Assembly (NCBI GenBank): GCA_012295275.1
Contig: CM022666.1
Span: 8,680,001 to 8,744,000, forward strand
Length of the DNA stretch: 64,000 bases
Direction: 5' to 3'
Source: Chrysomallon squamiferum
Taxonomy: Eukaryota > Animalia > Mollusca
Within the stretch, counting starts at the first letter, position 1, and every line of letters begins with the position of its first letter. Of the stretch, positions 15,011 to 30,565 are shown in pieces. A program made the translations under genes and the position numbers. A model generated the notes under the pieces. The model did no database searches, had not been told where the DNA came from, and worked only from the letters and a program-made list of their open reading frames with translations.

Positions 15011-15348
15011 GCATTTCAAGAAATCTATAAATACATCAATTAACTTTGGGTTGTAAAGTGTTTATATACGTGGATTAATGATCACATGCAGAAATGTACG
15101 CATGCTTGTATTAAATAATAAACATATACATTCTTCAGAGGAATACACTAATTAGAACAGAAACGCACACGCACACGTACACACATAGGAACTTACATGG
15201 GTAGAAGATACAACATCGTGTTGAAGTGAATAAAATAGAAAATAACAAATCTGTCACGACTATACAGTCTTATAAGTTGTCGTCGTTGTTGTCGTTGTTG
15301 TTATTTACATTATCATCATCACTGTCATCATCATCATCATCATTATTA

Positions 15349-15403
<55 letters not shown>

Positions 15404-16410
15404 AAGATATTTGAAGGTTCACCAGATAATAAAGTCTAGCATACATCCAACTTTTAATTTCCCCTAACCCTTTTGGTTCCTTGTGATCGTTCTGTTGTTA
15501 TTGTAATTATTAATCTCCTTCATTTTCCTCGTACAAACGCTCGGCTTAGTGCGATAGCTTCGTTTCTTTCGGATTATATTAAAACAAAAAACACGGTCGC
15601 GTGACGCAGCCATTATTAACGGATGAAGCGTATCAAAGTAAGAATGTACAGTTGGCATTTCCGGTTAAGGAACCAGTCTAATCGCTTTTAACACTTCCGA
15701 TCTTGAATCTGTCTTCGTCTGCCATTAATGTGCGTCCGCTCCTCGGATTCCCAGAGTCTTTTGTTATGGAAATTATTTAGGAAATTTGACGAAATTTTGT
15801 TTCATATTTGTGATAAATAATTCACGATTAAAACGGGGAGAGATAAGCGCTTATAGAAACAAAATCTTTGCCAGAATTTGAGTTTTGTTCAGAGGTTATA
15901 ACTGTAGATAAGTTTAAAATAAATAAATAAATAAATAACAATAGAAAAATAGAAATAAAAAATTTTTTTAAAAAGAACATAAAATAAAATAAAAATAAAT
16001 GTAAATAAATAATTAAATAAATGACGATGTGATCATGTTGATATCAAGTAAAAGAAAGAAAAAAGAAAAGAAAAGAAATAGAATAAATTAATATTAACTG
16101 AAGAGAAAATGTAAAAGAAAATATTTATAAAAATAAAATAATAATTGATATTTAAGTTAATGAAATTTGGTTTGAAAGATGAGTCTTCACTCACATAACA
16201 AAGATATATATATAAATGTGCGTGTCTGTAAATATGTCAGTGGTATATGGCTATCACAGACAGGTCTGTTTTATGTGTACACAGATTTGATTCAGTGTCC
16301 TCTGGAGGGTGTATTTATGCATGGTCTGTACGTTTACTTGTCTGTCTGTTTACTTGTCTGTCTGTTTACGTGTCTGTATGTTTGGCGTACAAGACAATGT
16401 TTTGCAGAGA

Positions 16411-16496
16411 TTTTAGTGTAAAGCCATATTCCTACCATTCGATTTGTAGAAACGATTTAAAACATAAAGCGTCGATACTTGACTAACGCCGGGTTC
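16411..16496 (+). mobile_element. Old interspersed repeat fragment, copy 1
   Basis: Aligns by eye with 22193-22280 (TTTTAG..TAAAGCCAT...ACCAT...AAAC.ATTTAA...ACTTGACTAA). Confidence 0.65.
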
Positions 16497-16736
16497 TGAC
16501 TGTGGGTGAAGAAATCGGTGAACTGACGAGTGTGGCTGAGTCTGATCTCTGAAGGTTAAACCCAAACAAAAGTTCCATGTGTCAGAAGGCAGATAGAATA
16601 ATACACATACATTCCTGACCACATAAAACTTGTGATGTGGATGTATACAGCTACACAGACTGAGGAATATGTAGAGATCTTATGTAAAAGGATCTCCCGT
16701 GTACAGTAGTGAGGCATCACCTGTACTTTTCTTCTT

Positions 16737-16767
<31 letters not shown>

Positions 16768-16771
16768 TTAC

Positions 16772-16870
<99 letters not shown>

Positions 16871-17518
16871 CACCAGCACCACTAGTATTTTTACAATAAC
16901 TGCAGCTACTACTACAGTTACTAATATTACAATAACTACAACAACAACGACAGTTTCTACTACAACAACTCCAGCTACAACTATTATTACTACTTCAAAA
17001 CTACTTTACAATTATTACTACAGCAACTATAACTATTACACCCATCATAATCACTACTACCTTTACTACTGCTATTACTACCACTGCTGCTACAACGTAC
17101 TAATACTAATACTACTTCCTAACACTATCACTACTGCTACAACCACCACCAACATCAGCAACGTCGGTGCTTTTGCACTTTCTCCTGCTAACTCAGAAAA
17201 AGAAAACGGCTACAGTTAATACGACATAAAATTAATAAACTTTTATAAAAATAAAAAATAAAAATAAAAATGTCATTATATAGATTGACTTTATGATTAT
17301 CAACAGGAAAATGTTTTATCGAAACTTTCTTTAGATAAAGGTCAGCCGGTTAAATTAATTTGTATGATTAAGATGTATTTTATTTTTTGAAAAAACCTAA
17401 CAACATTATTTTCTGTAATATACGTACTGATGAAAGAAAAATACGTTAATGATGATAACGTTTCTGTCCAAAAGCAAATCATTGAATACTGGTGAGAGAG
17501 AGACTGACAGACAGACAG

Positions 17519-17592
<74 letters not shown>

Positions 17593-17769
17593 ATACAGAT
17601 AGATGGACAGAGAGAAAGACAGACCGACAGACAGACAGATAGAAAGACAGAGAGATAGATAGACTTACAGACAGATAGAAAGATTAGATAGTGGGTGACA
17701 GTAACCTCATCAGTGTAAAAAGACTATATCCACTATGTAATTATCTAAACCAAATTAACTGGCTTCATT

Positions 17770-19230
17770 ATAATGCGAGGTTAAGACGCCTCTGTCTGCA
17801 AACGTGATCGCCTCGTACGATTCCGCGAAATGCACGCGTTCGGCAGTTTCCGTCGCGACGTTTTCGTAAATCCCCGAGTGCAGATATTTACAACTAATCA
17901 AATCGACTTTTAGAGAGTAGCATACGAGGCCCAAACAGCATTCAATTTCGCTGATTGGACGAACCGTAATCTGCGCCCATCCACCATTAATATCGAAACC
18001 AAAGCACTTGAACTAAATTGAAGGTCGAGATCTAATGGGGAGCGACTAAATCGTCTGCAATATTAGATTTTTTTTTTCTCCTGCGCGCGCTGACGATTCC
18101 CGCCGTTTAACGATCGCGGCAGACGCGCGCAGCAGACGTCGCGGTGACATCTCAATTTGCCAAAAACCGTTCCGTTGTCGTAAAATTCGGAAGAGGGTGA
18201 CACAGAAGGGTCGAACTCTAGACTGTAAAGAAATTAATTCTTGTATAACACTGTAGTGTTCACACTGTAATAAATTTAAGTAGAAATGAATTCGCGAGAC
18301 GAAGAAGAAAAAAAAGAAAAAGAAGAAAAAGAGATTTCGGAGCGAATCATGAAATTTAGCGGAACAAAATTGTACTATTATAAGCAAAGAAGAATGAAAG
18401 AAGAGAATTAAAGAAAAGAAGAATGAACTAAAAGAAAAAAGTAATGTAACAAAGAGGAAAAAGAAGATGGAAAGAATAAAAGAAACAGAAAATTAATAAA
18501 AGAACGAAAGAAGGAAAAAGTTATATTGTCTACGTGCATTATGTCAACCAAGATGAATTCGTCCTTGTTATATTGCCGTCATACTACAATACACTATAAG
18601 TAGATATGCACGCGCATTTACATACATAGAGTCTTTTACATATACAGACATATACAAGTATAATATAATTATGCATACATGCATTCATACATAAACATAC
18701 ATACTAATATATACGAAAACCGAAAAATAATATCAAATTCCTGCTGATTTCTAATTTGTTTTTCACGCGGGGGCATCCCATTGTACATTAATATTCTCAT
18801 TAACAACACAGACAACACAGAAGGGGAGTGAGACAGGCGGACACACAGGGAGAAATGGAGATCGTATCGTCTGCTTTTATCAGCGGTGTTTTCGCCCGTA
18901 AACAGGACCGCTGAAACAAGGGCGGGTAATTAGAGAAAAACGCGCGCGACAATAGACCCGCCACGACATCGGAAGCAGCTTCAGTTCGTGGTATTACGAT
19001 CTGCTCGTGAGCGGGGTTCGCCAAGGCTTGATAGAAAAATAAGGATTGGAAAACGAGGAGACGGCATTAAGACTAATGTATTCACATTGTTGTTGTTATT
19101 AGGCGCACAGATGTCGCGCGACACGCTGAAATCAAGATAACACTGAACAGCGAGCGCGAATCTGCCGTAATGGCGTAATAATGAAAACATGCAGAATGAA
19201 CAAATACCGGGTGGACGGGAATACGCGAAT
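17770..19230. promoter_or_regulatory. Two CpG-rich unique blocks (17770-18310 and 18790-19230), candidate enhancers
   Basis: Dense CGCG/GCGC words, a reverse CCAAT box (CTGATTGG, ~17951) and a Sox-like ACAATAG (~18949), flanked by simple repeats. Confidence 0.35.
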
Positions 19231-19807
19231 ATGACGATGGTAATAACTTGATAATGATATGACGATTATGACTTGATAATATGATGATAACTTGATGATG
19301 TTTTGGTAATATTATGATGACTTCATAATATGATGATAATAATGCTGACAATGATGACTTGATAATTAAAATGTATATTTATTATTGTTGTTGTTGTTGT
19401 TATTTTATTATAGTTGCAATATTATTACAGTTTTTCTTAACTTGGATAAACTGCATTGTCGTGAATATTTAAAATACATTTGTTACTACCATTGTCATCA
19501 ACATCCTAAATATCAGTACAGGTGCGTAATACATTTCACTGAAACTGACAGACCGGAAAACCTTTTTATTTTATTTTTATTTTTTTTATTTTTATCCTTA
19601 CTTATATTCGTACATGTGCATACACATGTACACTTAGTTATCTACATATAGATTCACACACACACACACACACACGCACACAAATACACATACATATATA
19701 CACACACACGTGTGTATGTACATAAAAAACATACATATACAGATACATTCATGCATACATACATACTTGCATACATACATACATACATACATACATACAT
19801 ACATACA

Positions 19808-19841
<34 letters not shown>

Positions 19842-20467
19842 CGTACAATAAATACATACGTACACATGTACAAACACATAGGCTCACGTAACTCAATACA
19901 TAAGACTGGTTATAACCTGTCTTGGTTCACACAATGCGCTATAATATTTCCTCGTGAGAACAAACAGTCGACGAAGTGTACTATAGGCACGACGTCATCA
20001 TCATATTACACCGCGTCCATTATCTGAACCTGTTTTCATATTTACGTCATCCACCTCGTGCCCCCTGCTGCTCGGTAATTGCCTACATAACACGTGTACG
20101 TTGATGGTGTCGCTAGACAAGCTCTACGCTTTCTGTAATGTGCGTCTATTACATATTACGTGTCTGTCCAGAGTGCCGTTGTCACCCCCGTCGTCAGAGC
20201 TATGTGGTCGTCATCGTGAAACTGTTGTTGCCAAAGCCGCTGGAAGGAAATGATATATTACGTGTTATCTGAGATGGGATAATATAGTGCCTGGGGAATT
20301 TTAAATATTGACGTGTGATATGTGTGTATGTGTGTGTGTGTGCGTTTAACATATGCATGAGAGAAACAGACTGATCAGTTGATAGATTAACAGAGATAGC
20401 GAGGCAGATAGAAAGATTGATAGAGACAGGAAGTGAAACAGAAGGAAAGATAAACAGATAAACATAA

Positions 20468-20519
<52 letters not shown>

Positions 20520-20584
20520 ATAAATCTTAACTAAATAATATTAAACAAAAAAGCAAAAACGTTTATCTAACTAAATAACTAACT

Positions 20585-20667
20585 AAACAAACAAACAAAC
20601 AAACAAACAAACAAACAAACAAACAAACAAACAAACAAACAAACAAACAAACAAACAAACAAACAAA
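20585..20667. repeat. (AAAC)n microsatellite
   Basis: Pure tetranucleotide array. Confidence 0.95.
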
Positions 20668-20687
20668 TAAATAATAATAATATAATA

Positions 20688-20737
<50 letters not shown>

Positions 20738-21242
20738 CATCATTATTATTATTTTACACATGCGAAAACATACAACTATTATATATATTATGGAGACTAG
20801 ATTCTACTTAAGTGCTCTGCAAAGCATTGTGGGTAGAGGAATCACTGGGATCATGTATCTTAGACATATATACAAATCTACTTCACACCACACAAACTTC
20901 TGTCGTTTTCAAGAAGTCATTTTTCACCTTTCATTGTAAAGGTCGCCATCTTTTACATTTCTTCAAATTCCCGATCTGAGGTAAAGGTCAAATTTGTTGT
21001 TCTTCTAATTTTCCTCTTCCAAGGTAAAGAACAGCTCTCGTTTCGTTTCGAAACCTTTGTTCAAAGTTAACTTGGTGCTCTCAAGAAAAATGGTGGAAAA
21101 CACAGTTAAAATACAAAGTGTTATTTTCTTCCTTCCGTTTGTTTAAGCTGCCACCTAAGACAAATAATTAGCAGGGATGTACGGACTGTTAGACAAACCT
21201 CTGCGTTCATCAGCGCCATCTGCCGGTGGTGGAGAGCTTGTT

Positions 21243-21378
21243 TGATTTAAATACCTCGCCAATTAGCGAGCCGCGAAAGGGCAGCGGTTCTCAAGGTGTG
21301 ATTCGTGTTGTGATTTAAATACCTCGCCAATTAGCGAGCCGCGAAAGGGCAGCGGTTCTCAAGGTGTGATTCGTGTTG
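21243..21378. repeat. Perfect 68-bp tandem duplication (2 copies)
   Basis: TGATTTAAATACCTCGCCAATTAGCGAGCCGCGAAAGGGCAGCGGTTCTCAAGGTGTGATTCGTGTTG occurs at 21243-21310 and again at 21311-21378. Confidence 0.95.
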
Positions 21379-21384
21379 TAAAGT

Positions 21385-21627
<243 letters not shown>

Positions 21628-22079
21628 CAGACACACAGAGAGAGAAAAAAGAAAAGAAGAAGGAACAGAAAGTCTTTGTATGGCGATGTCTGAGGCAGAT
21701 TTTATAACGTAAACAACTGTAGAGAGGTGAATAAACAGATGTTTCTTTTTCTGTCCATCCTTCCATTCGTTCGTCTGTCCGTCCGTCCATCTTTTTACTT
21801 CATTGTTGAATTCAACATCCTGACGAGGTGTTCAAACAATCTGACCATGACAAACGTACCTGGTTCATCAATGAAAGTAATCAGGTGAGAGTAATAGAGG
21901 TTTTGTATGCAAACAAAGGTAAAATATCAGTTATTATTTAACAGTATGCATTATAATTCGTCTTCGTGAACCAGCGTACTGGAACAACCATGTGTACATG
22001 TATCATTATTCACACAGGTAACAGCTGTCAACTCTAAACCTACCCATCAGCTTCATTCATTCAGCAGTTGTACTTCTTA

Positions 22080-22154
<75 letters not shown>

Positions 22155-22192
22155 TATCAGTGTTGTCAATAAGCGACCTTTTTTGGCATATA

Positions 22193-22280
22193 TTTTAGCA
22201 TAAAGCCATGTCCAAACCATGCGTTTTGTTTAAACAATTTAAGGTACATATAGGGCCGACACTTGACTAATGCTGCATTC
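22193..22280 (+). mobile_element. Old interspersed repeat fragment, copy 2
   Basis: Homologous to 16411-16496, same orientation, with many substitutions and one 2-bp indel. Confidence 0.65.
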
Positions 22281-22290
22281 GATATATACA

Positions 22291-22326
<36 letters not shown>

Positions 22327-23212
22327 TATATATATGCATGTAAGTATGTATGTATGTATGTATGAATGTATGTACACTGCCTTATAAAGCAAAAAATTGT
22401 TTTTATTTAAAAATATCTTGCAAACTATTATTACAAATTATATAGTATGAATGCTGCTATACAGATCTTTAAATCATTCTATTTAAATATACCCTAAAAA
22501 TCTTATAGCTGTCTCGACAAATCAGGAACTGTGAACACAGCTTTAGAAAACATCCAAAACTGTTTCAGTTGTTATGGTCAATGAAGTCATATGATTTCTA
22601 ACTGTTACGTGTTTCCAATATTTGTTACTACTGCAAGCAATGTACTACACATTGTTAATGCAAATCGCTTAGTGGGAAAGCGTCTCTAGCTTTGATACAC
22701 GGAATCTTGTCGATTTGAGACACGACCGTTCGGAACAAGAAACAAACCTAACTAAAACGTGTTTGCACTTCACTCGAGCTGCAGAAAGTTAAATATTAAA
22801 CTCAATAACATTTATTCACTAGAATTAAGTTAATTCTTCTTGATTATCGATGGCTTTCGCTGTGGGGTTTTCGTTTGAGAAGATTTAGGGATATCACCGC
22901 GTGTACTTCAGTGTGTCAGTTTCAAAGTGTTAACAGTGACCGCGGAAAGCAGACATTCAGCACAATGTTTGTTACCGAGGTCAACAGCGAAATTTCGTTA
23001 AATTTTCATTTAATGTTCAGCAAACATGCTTTTCGTAGAAAGAAAAACGGTTATTCGTTAAAGCGAAATGTAATTAATACTGACAGCTTATAATGTAAAA
23101 TTAATGAATGAAAAAGGACATCTGAATAAAAGATATTTTGATTTAATTTATTCTGTAAAACATATTTAGTTAAACATTTTATGATGTCTACAGAATAAAA
23201 TAAAATAAAAAA

Positions 23213-23291
<79 letters not shown>

Positions 23292-23685
23292 AAATAAATT
23301 AAATAAATAAATAAATAATATATATCTATTAATTTTTTATTGTACATTTTTTTTAATCATTTTAAAAGAAAATGTTTTCATCTTAAGAAGAAAAAAATGA
23401 ACAAAATAAAAAAATAAAACATTTATTAAAAAATAATTAACAATTAAAAACAATAATAAAAGATAAACAAGTTAGTAAGTAAATAAATAAATAATAAATA
23501 TGTAAATAAAATAAAATAAAAAACATAAATATGTAAATAAAATAATAATAAAAATAAATACATAAATAAAAAAATAAAAAGTAAAAAGTAAATTATGAAA
23601 TAAAATAATTCTTTATCATTATTATTATTATTATTATTATTATAATTAATATTATTATTAATATTATTATTATTATTATTATTAA

Positions 23686-23730
<45 letters not shown>

Positions 23731-24315
23731 ACTAACACGTTAATTAACTTTAATTACTTTCATTTACCAATTGTCTCATCAAAACTAAGTGTTTTAAAAC
23801 TAATTTCCATCGAAATCTATTAACTGTCGCAAATATATTGGCCACTTCAGACTCACTATGAACCCAGGTAATTACAACAAACATCTTTTCCACATTTCAC
23901 CGAATGACCCCAAGCCCTGAAACGAATTAAAGATGTCCATTTCCTACTTGTTTGTTTCCTTTTTTTCTGCAAAAAACTGATAAAATGTTCAACACGTTTG
24001 GTTTTTCTGTAATGTTTATTTTTCCTCTCCTGCCTGTAGAGTAACTGTACAAACACTTGTCACAACAAACACAACAATAAGTAAGTTCTAACATAACTGT
24101 CGGGTTTAATTGTCTTTCATTCACGTGTCTTGCGGCTTGTCTAAACTACAATTTATTCCACATAATGGCGACTACTATAACTATTTATCTTCAATAATGG
24201 CGGTTTTTCATAGACCCGTACAATAGACGCAATGTTGGTTCAGGAATATTGATTTGAAAAAACTGACGAAAAAGCGAAAATAGATAAAGAGATATGAAAA
24301 GGAAGAAAGAAGAAC

Positions 24316-24368
<53 letters not shown>

Positions 24369-24455
24369 AGAACGAAGAAAGAAAGAAGGAAAGGAAAGAA
24401 AGAATAAAGAAAGAATGAATGAAAAAAGAAGAACATTTTTAATAATTTGATAAAA

Positions 24456-24514
<59 letters not shown>

Positions 24515-25043
24515 CGATAATAATATTAAATGAATAAATAAATAGATACATACATATTAAAATAAATAAATAAATAAATAAATAAATAAAATCAAATAAA
24601 ACTGTTTATTACATTAAACTACATGTTTTATTTTAAAAAGTAATAGCTTTGATGTTTATTTCTCTCTGAGTGCGCAGGGTGGAGAAATGGACAGATTAGA
24701 AAATAAAAGGTTTACGCTACAGGAAGTTTCGATTAGAATATATTAATAAATAAATAATAACAATGCAGATAACAATAAATAAGATGATTAATAAATAATA
24801 ATAACAACAACAATAATAACAGTAATAATAATAATGACAACGACGACGATGATGATGATGATGATGATTATAATAATAATAATAATGAAAAAGAATGAAA
24901 GCAATGACTGTAATATAATAAATACATAAATAACACCAAATAAAAGAAATGATACATTCACACGTATAACCACACATACATACGCACGCACGCACACATA
25001 TCCATACACATTCATCAGTTATCTACAATTCGTTAATCGCTCA

Positions 25044-25079
<36 letters not shown>

Positions 25080-25402
25080 CACGCACGTAAGTACGCTCAC
25101 GCGCATTCAGCAATTATCTACAATTGAGTGACTATGCCACAGATGAGAACGGGAGAAAAAAGCGCTAAGAAAACAAGAGATCACACACTGTGCACGTAAT
25201 TTTACGTTCCGCCGCACCTCGACAAAGACTCGCCGTTGTGTTACCTTGCTCCCACGTTTTTCAATAACACGAGTGTTTGTGTTTAATTCTCGCTGCCAGC
25301 ACGGTCACTTCACAAACACAACACGTCCCCACCAACCCCGTACAAAAGGAGACAGAATCAGGCCCGTCACAAATTGTTTTCTCGTTTTTAATTCACGATT
25401 TT

Positions 25403-25441
<39 letters not shown>

Positions 25442-25471
25442 ATGTTATTATTTTTATTTATTTAACCAAGA

Positions 25472-25531
<60 letters not shown>

Positions 25532-25782
25532 GTAGTAGTAGTATTTTTGTTATTGTTATTGCTATTTATTTATTTACTTATTTATCATTATTTATTTATT
25601 TATTATCATTGCTATCATTATTATTTATTATTATTGTTGTTTTGTTTCTGTTGATGTTGTTGCTGTTGTTATTATTATCATTAGAGTTGTCATCTGTGTT
25701 TATTATTGTTTTTGTTGTTGCTATTATCATCATCATCGTCATCATAATCATCATCATTGTTGGTGTTATATTTATTGTAGTC

Positions 25783-25951
25783 ATTATTATTATTATCCTT
25801 GTTATTATCAGCGTTTGATACTGTTATTGTAATTTAATCATCATCATCGTAATTTCTAAATTATTATTATTATTATTATTATTATTATCCTTGTTATTAT
25901 CAGCGTTTGATACTGTTATTGTAATTTAATCATCATCATCGTAATTTCTAA

Positions 25952-25980
<29 letters not shown>
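25783..25980. repeat. Tandem duplication of a 64-bp unique segment bracketed by (ATT)n, period 92 bp
   Basis: CCTTGTTATTATCAGCGTTTGATACTG...GTAATTTCTAAA occurs at 25797-25860 and 25889-25952. Confidence 0.9.
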
Positions 25981-25987
<7 letters not shown>

Positions 25988-26289
25988 GTTATTATTTTTA
26001 TTAACATTGTATTATTATTGTTACTATAATTTCGCGTTTTTGACAGGAGTATATAAATAAATAAAACAATATAAAATATTGTTACTAAGATAGATAATAT
26101 AAAGTTGTTCATTTATATTCGAAGATTTGTTTCCTTTCCTTCCTTACCATTTTTTCATTTTTATTTTCAAATTACTATTATTCCTTAATTTCTCAACTTT
26201 TCATATTATTAATACTATTGTACTAATTCCCTTGTCAATCTTCTGTTACATATTTTCTTCCTTTTCTCTTATTAAAAATCAGAACGAAC

Positions 26290-27820
26290 GAGAGTCGACT
26301 TAGAGAGCGGGCTTAACTTTTGCATTAATGTTTTACATTAGTTCTCCGAAGCATAAGTAACAGACTTTGCAACTGTTCCGAGACCCAACTGGAAAGTTAA
26401 TGCTTTTGCACTCAATCGCCTTAAAATATTCAATAATCTTCGCATGGCGTGACTTTCCATCAACGCATAGGCGTCGTCCATTAGCGAAAATCATAAGCGG
26501 CAGGCTCAGACCGGAAATGGCTGTATTAATACGCGAAGGATTATGGGTGCGTCTGTAATCGTCTAAAAACCGGACCGGGTTTCTTTGAGGGGCCGAATTG
26601 AAAATGAGACACGGTTTGCAAATGAATGGGTGCATGAAAGTAAAAAAAAGAAAAGAAAAATAAAAATGTCTTAAATAGTCGAAATGTTTTTCCGGAACTA
26701 TTCAAAATATGATTAGGAATAATAATGAAGGTCTAAATGGTGATGAAATTAAGTCGGCAATGCGTTTTTAATTTATTATACTTCTTTCTTGTTTTATGTG
26801 AAAGCTATATGAGAAATACAAGTTATGCCATTAATCTGTAAATAAAGGCGTTAAAAAGAAAATCATGTTGTTTATTTTTCTTAATGAAAAGCTCCTTTTA
26901 GAATTAGTTAAGTGAAATACACAACCTGAATAAAATAAACGTACAGACAGTAAGAAAGAAACGATTAATCTCTCAGTCTTTCTGCTTGACTGTCGTTCCC
27001 AAATAACGTCTGTATTTCTGTCCGTCAGGACGTGTGTGTATCTGTCATTTCTACATGGATTATTTATTTCTGTTAATCGGCTACTACTTCTGTTGCTACT
27101 AATATTACTTCTTCTACTTCTACTAAACTACTACTACCACAACTAGTACTACCGATAATAATAATAATAATAGCAACAAGTACAGAATAAATAAATAAAT
27201 AACAATGATCAACTTGTTGATGATAATAATGATATTAACATTAAATACAAAATCAAGATAAAACAAGACCCATAACAAATAAACAAACCGCTTTCAGAAA
27301 TCAGAAGAACTGGAATTTTCTGCTGAGATCGCTTCACTGAAATACAACGACAGAATTTTGTTCCTTTAAGAATTACAGTGCCGAGAATGGGCCCCCGAGG
27401 GCAGATATGCTCAATAAAACAAAGCCCTATTAATTCCACTGATCATGGTGTGGACATTTTGTTAATTTGGGCCAATTTAGGTTCGGCTTCTAACTGCCAA
27501 CGACGCAAACTGATGGAATCGACAAGTTGTTTGGCGCGAGGAAGAGCGTGCAGCGCGCGAAATCCCGCGAGTCGAATAAAAATCGACAACGCTGAGAGAG
27601 AGATAACGTTTGCTAGGGGAAGCCTCGCCAATTAACTGAAACTTAGACACTGGATCAGATTTCATCTCATCATGTTCATTTTGCTCATAATTGAAAACTA
27701 CGTGCCCCCCCACCCGTCCGCCCTCCCCTCCGGTGCTGTCGATTGCTCTGAGGGTCTGCGCCGGCCCATTCCGCATGTAAAACAGACAGACGTAATTGCA
27801 GACGTAATCCCAGAAGACAG
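26290..27820. promoter_or_regulatory. Two CpG-rich unique blocks (26290-26640 and 27370-27820), candidate enhancers
   Basis: POU-type TTTGCATTAAT (26319-26329), E2F-like TTTGGCGCG (~27530) and GCGCGAAA (~27555), and TCGCCAATTA (27625-27634). Confidence 0.4.
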
Positions 27821-28655
27821 GAAAAGAAAAATTAACAAGAATCAGAACAAATTAGTAAACATGTAGACTTTGTTTGATATATACAGTGAAGGGAAGACAA
27901 GAAAGAAGAAGAAGATATATATATATATATAAATATGGACTGAAACAGAAACACGCACATAAACACGCATATACACACAACACGTACACATATACAAAGA
28001 AATGACTGTGTGCATGGACAGATGGACATATATATGGATAGATAGATGGATGATAGATTTTACTAACTAGAATAATTAAATCGAAAACAACAACAACATT
28101 ATCGGAACTACTATTATCACCACCATCACCACCACTACTACCACTACAACTACAGCAACAATTATTTTTACTATCGGAAGACGTAATTAAAACATTTTTC
28201 AAATTTAATTTTTAACTCTTTTTGTTAAACCATTTAATTTAAAAATCAATAAGCATTTCTGTTTTCACTTTTTATTAAAATTCTTCTTCTTTTTTTTCTG
28301 TTGCCTGTTGTTTTCATTATGTTCTACATCATTTCTTTTTATTTCTTGTAAAAAAAAAATTAATATTTTATTATTATTTATTATTCTTGCAATAATATGA
28401 ATTATGTTTTGCGTCTTGATCACGCAAGATTCAGATTATCAAAAACTGTGTCGATCAAACAGCGGACAATAACTGATAATACGAGTACTTATTTTCAACA
28501 AAAGGTCGCTGTAATACATTGCAAATAACTGATCTATTTCTCTCGTTACAAACAATGCAATACAAGCGTTATATAACGCTACAGTTATTGCCAATAACAT
28601 CTAATATCGTATTCAAATAGAGATTTGTAATTACAGCATCATCTCATAGAAAATA

Positions 28656-28707
<52 letters not shown>

Positions 28708-29126
28708 TATTAATTAATTAATTTTTGCGAAGATACATTCTCTGTCTGTCCATATAATTGCAATAAATATCATTTATACATAATATTATCATCATCATTA
28801 TCATCATCATCGTCATCATCATCATCATCAACATCATTATTAATGTGCAAATGAAATAAACGGTGAAGAAAGGTTTGATGTTGTCAGGACACAGATCGAT
28901 CTAACCGCGGATCTCAGACACGTTCCATGCATACACCAAAATAAACAAATAAATAAATAAATAAATAAATAAATAAATAGACAAACAAACAAATAATAAA
29001 TAATTCAACAAATGAATAAATAAACTTAGCCAAACATTATATCTATGTAAATAACTAGATAATTTAAATAAATAAATAAATTAAATTAAATTAAATTAAA
29101 TTAAATTAAATTAATTAATAAATTAA

Positions 29127-29173
<47 letters not shown>

Positions 29174-29785
29174 GAAAGAAAGAAAGGAAAACACCATTCA
29201 TCTAATCAAGGTAGCTATACACACAATGTAAAAAGCGACATCATATATAATTATTAATATAAATTTTCCTTTTTTTTCCTTTGCGTTTCACTAATAACCA
29301 CGACTACTTTAAAGACGCAATATTCAATATCTGTATTATTGTAGAAAAACAGAGAAGATTATTTAAGTCCGCAGACAGTAGATCTAATATTTAAATATTT
29401 AGATTGTATCTGTAATATTGCTTGCTACTCCTCCCATTGTTACAGGCTGATGGTTTGTATATTATTTACGGCCGAATCCTTATGTTTATGAGCAAAAGCT
29501 AACAGATACCATCTACATTATTAGAATTCTCGCTCTGTTTCTCTCGCTGTTTTTTCTCGTATTCCAGCTGTATCTCTCTCTGTGTGTATGTGTGTGTATG
29601 TGTGTGTATATATGAATATATATATGGTATATATATATATATATATATATACCGTATATATATTCATATATACACACACGTTTGTATGTATGTATATATG
29701 TATGGATGTACATACATATATATATATATATTCATTCATTCTTCCTTAACTTTATATTTCTTTATGTCGTCCCTTTCTTCCCTCC

Positions 29786-29874
<89 letters not shown>

Positions 29875-30216
29875 ATTTTTCATTTTTCTCTCTCCGACTG
29901 CCTATCTCTCTGTTACCTCTCTTTCTCACGCACACACACACACAGAAACACATGCACAGAAACACACACACACAGAAACACATACACATCATTCATCCAT
30001 CCACTAATGTACCAATAAAAACAAAGCTAGTGCGGGTGTTCGATATCTCTGTTACCATCCTAATTACTACTACAGTAAAAACTGATAGCTTAATGGACAC
30101 TGGAAGTAAATTAACTGGAAACAATCTGGTGACAGCGTGCTGATCGACCAACAGCTGTGTTCATTACACGACAGCGCAAAGTGTTTCATAGCATGACCAT
30201 CATACTGCTTTCAAGT

Positions 30217-30350
30217 GGCCTATAGGCAGACAGAGAAGGCCTATTGACAGTTAGATAATACCTATAGACAGAGAAAGCCTATAGACAGAAAAGGCCTGTA
30301 GACAGATTGACAAGGCTTAGAGGCAGAGAAAATACAGAAGGCCTACATAT
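30217..30350. repeat. Degenerate minisatellite (AGGCCTATAGACAGAGA-like unit)
   Basis: Repeated GGCCTAT/GCCTGT...AGACAGA words at 18-22 bp spacing. Confidence 0.6.
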
Positions 30351-30529
30351 TCAAGGAACAGTGATGTAAAAAAGACACTGGTGAAAAAAAACATAGATTA
30401 AGAAGGCTTATAGGCAGATATGTATATAAATGAAAGGTTTATCGGCAGGTAAATACATAGGCAGAAGGTTCCATGACTAATTTAGGACAAAGGAATAGGT
30501 AGAAAAATAGACAATAGAATCATTTACAG

Positions 30530-30565
<36 letters not shown>

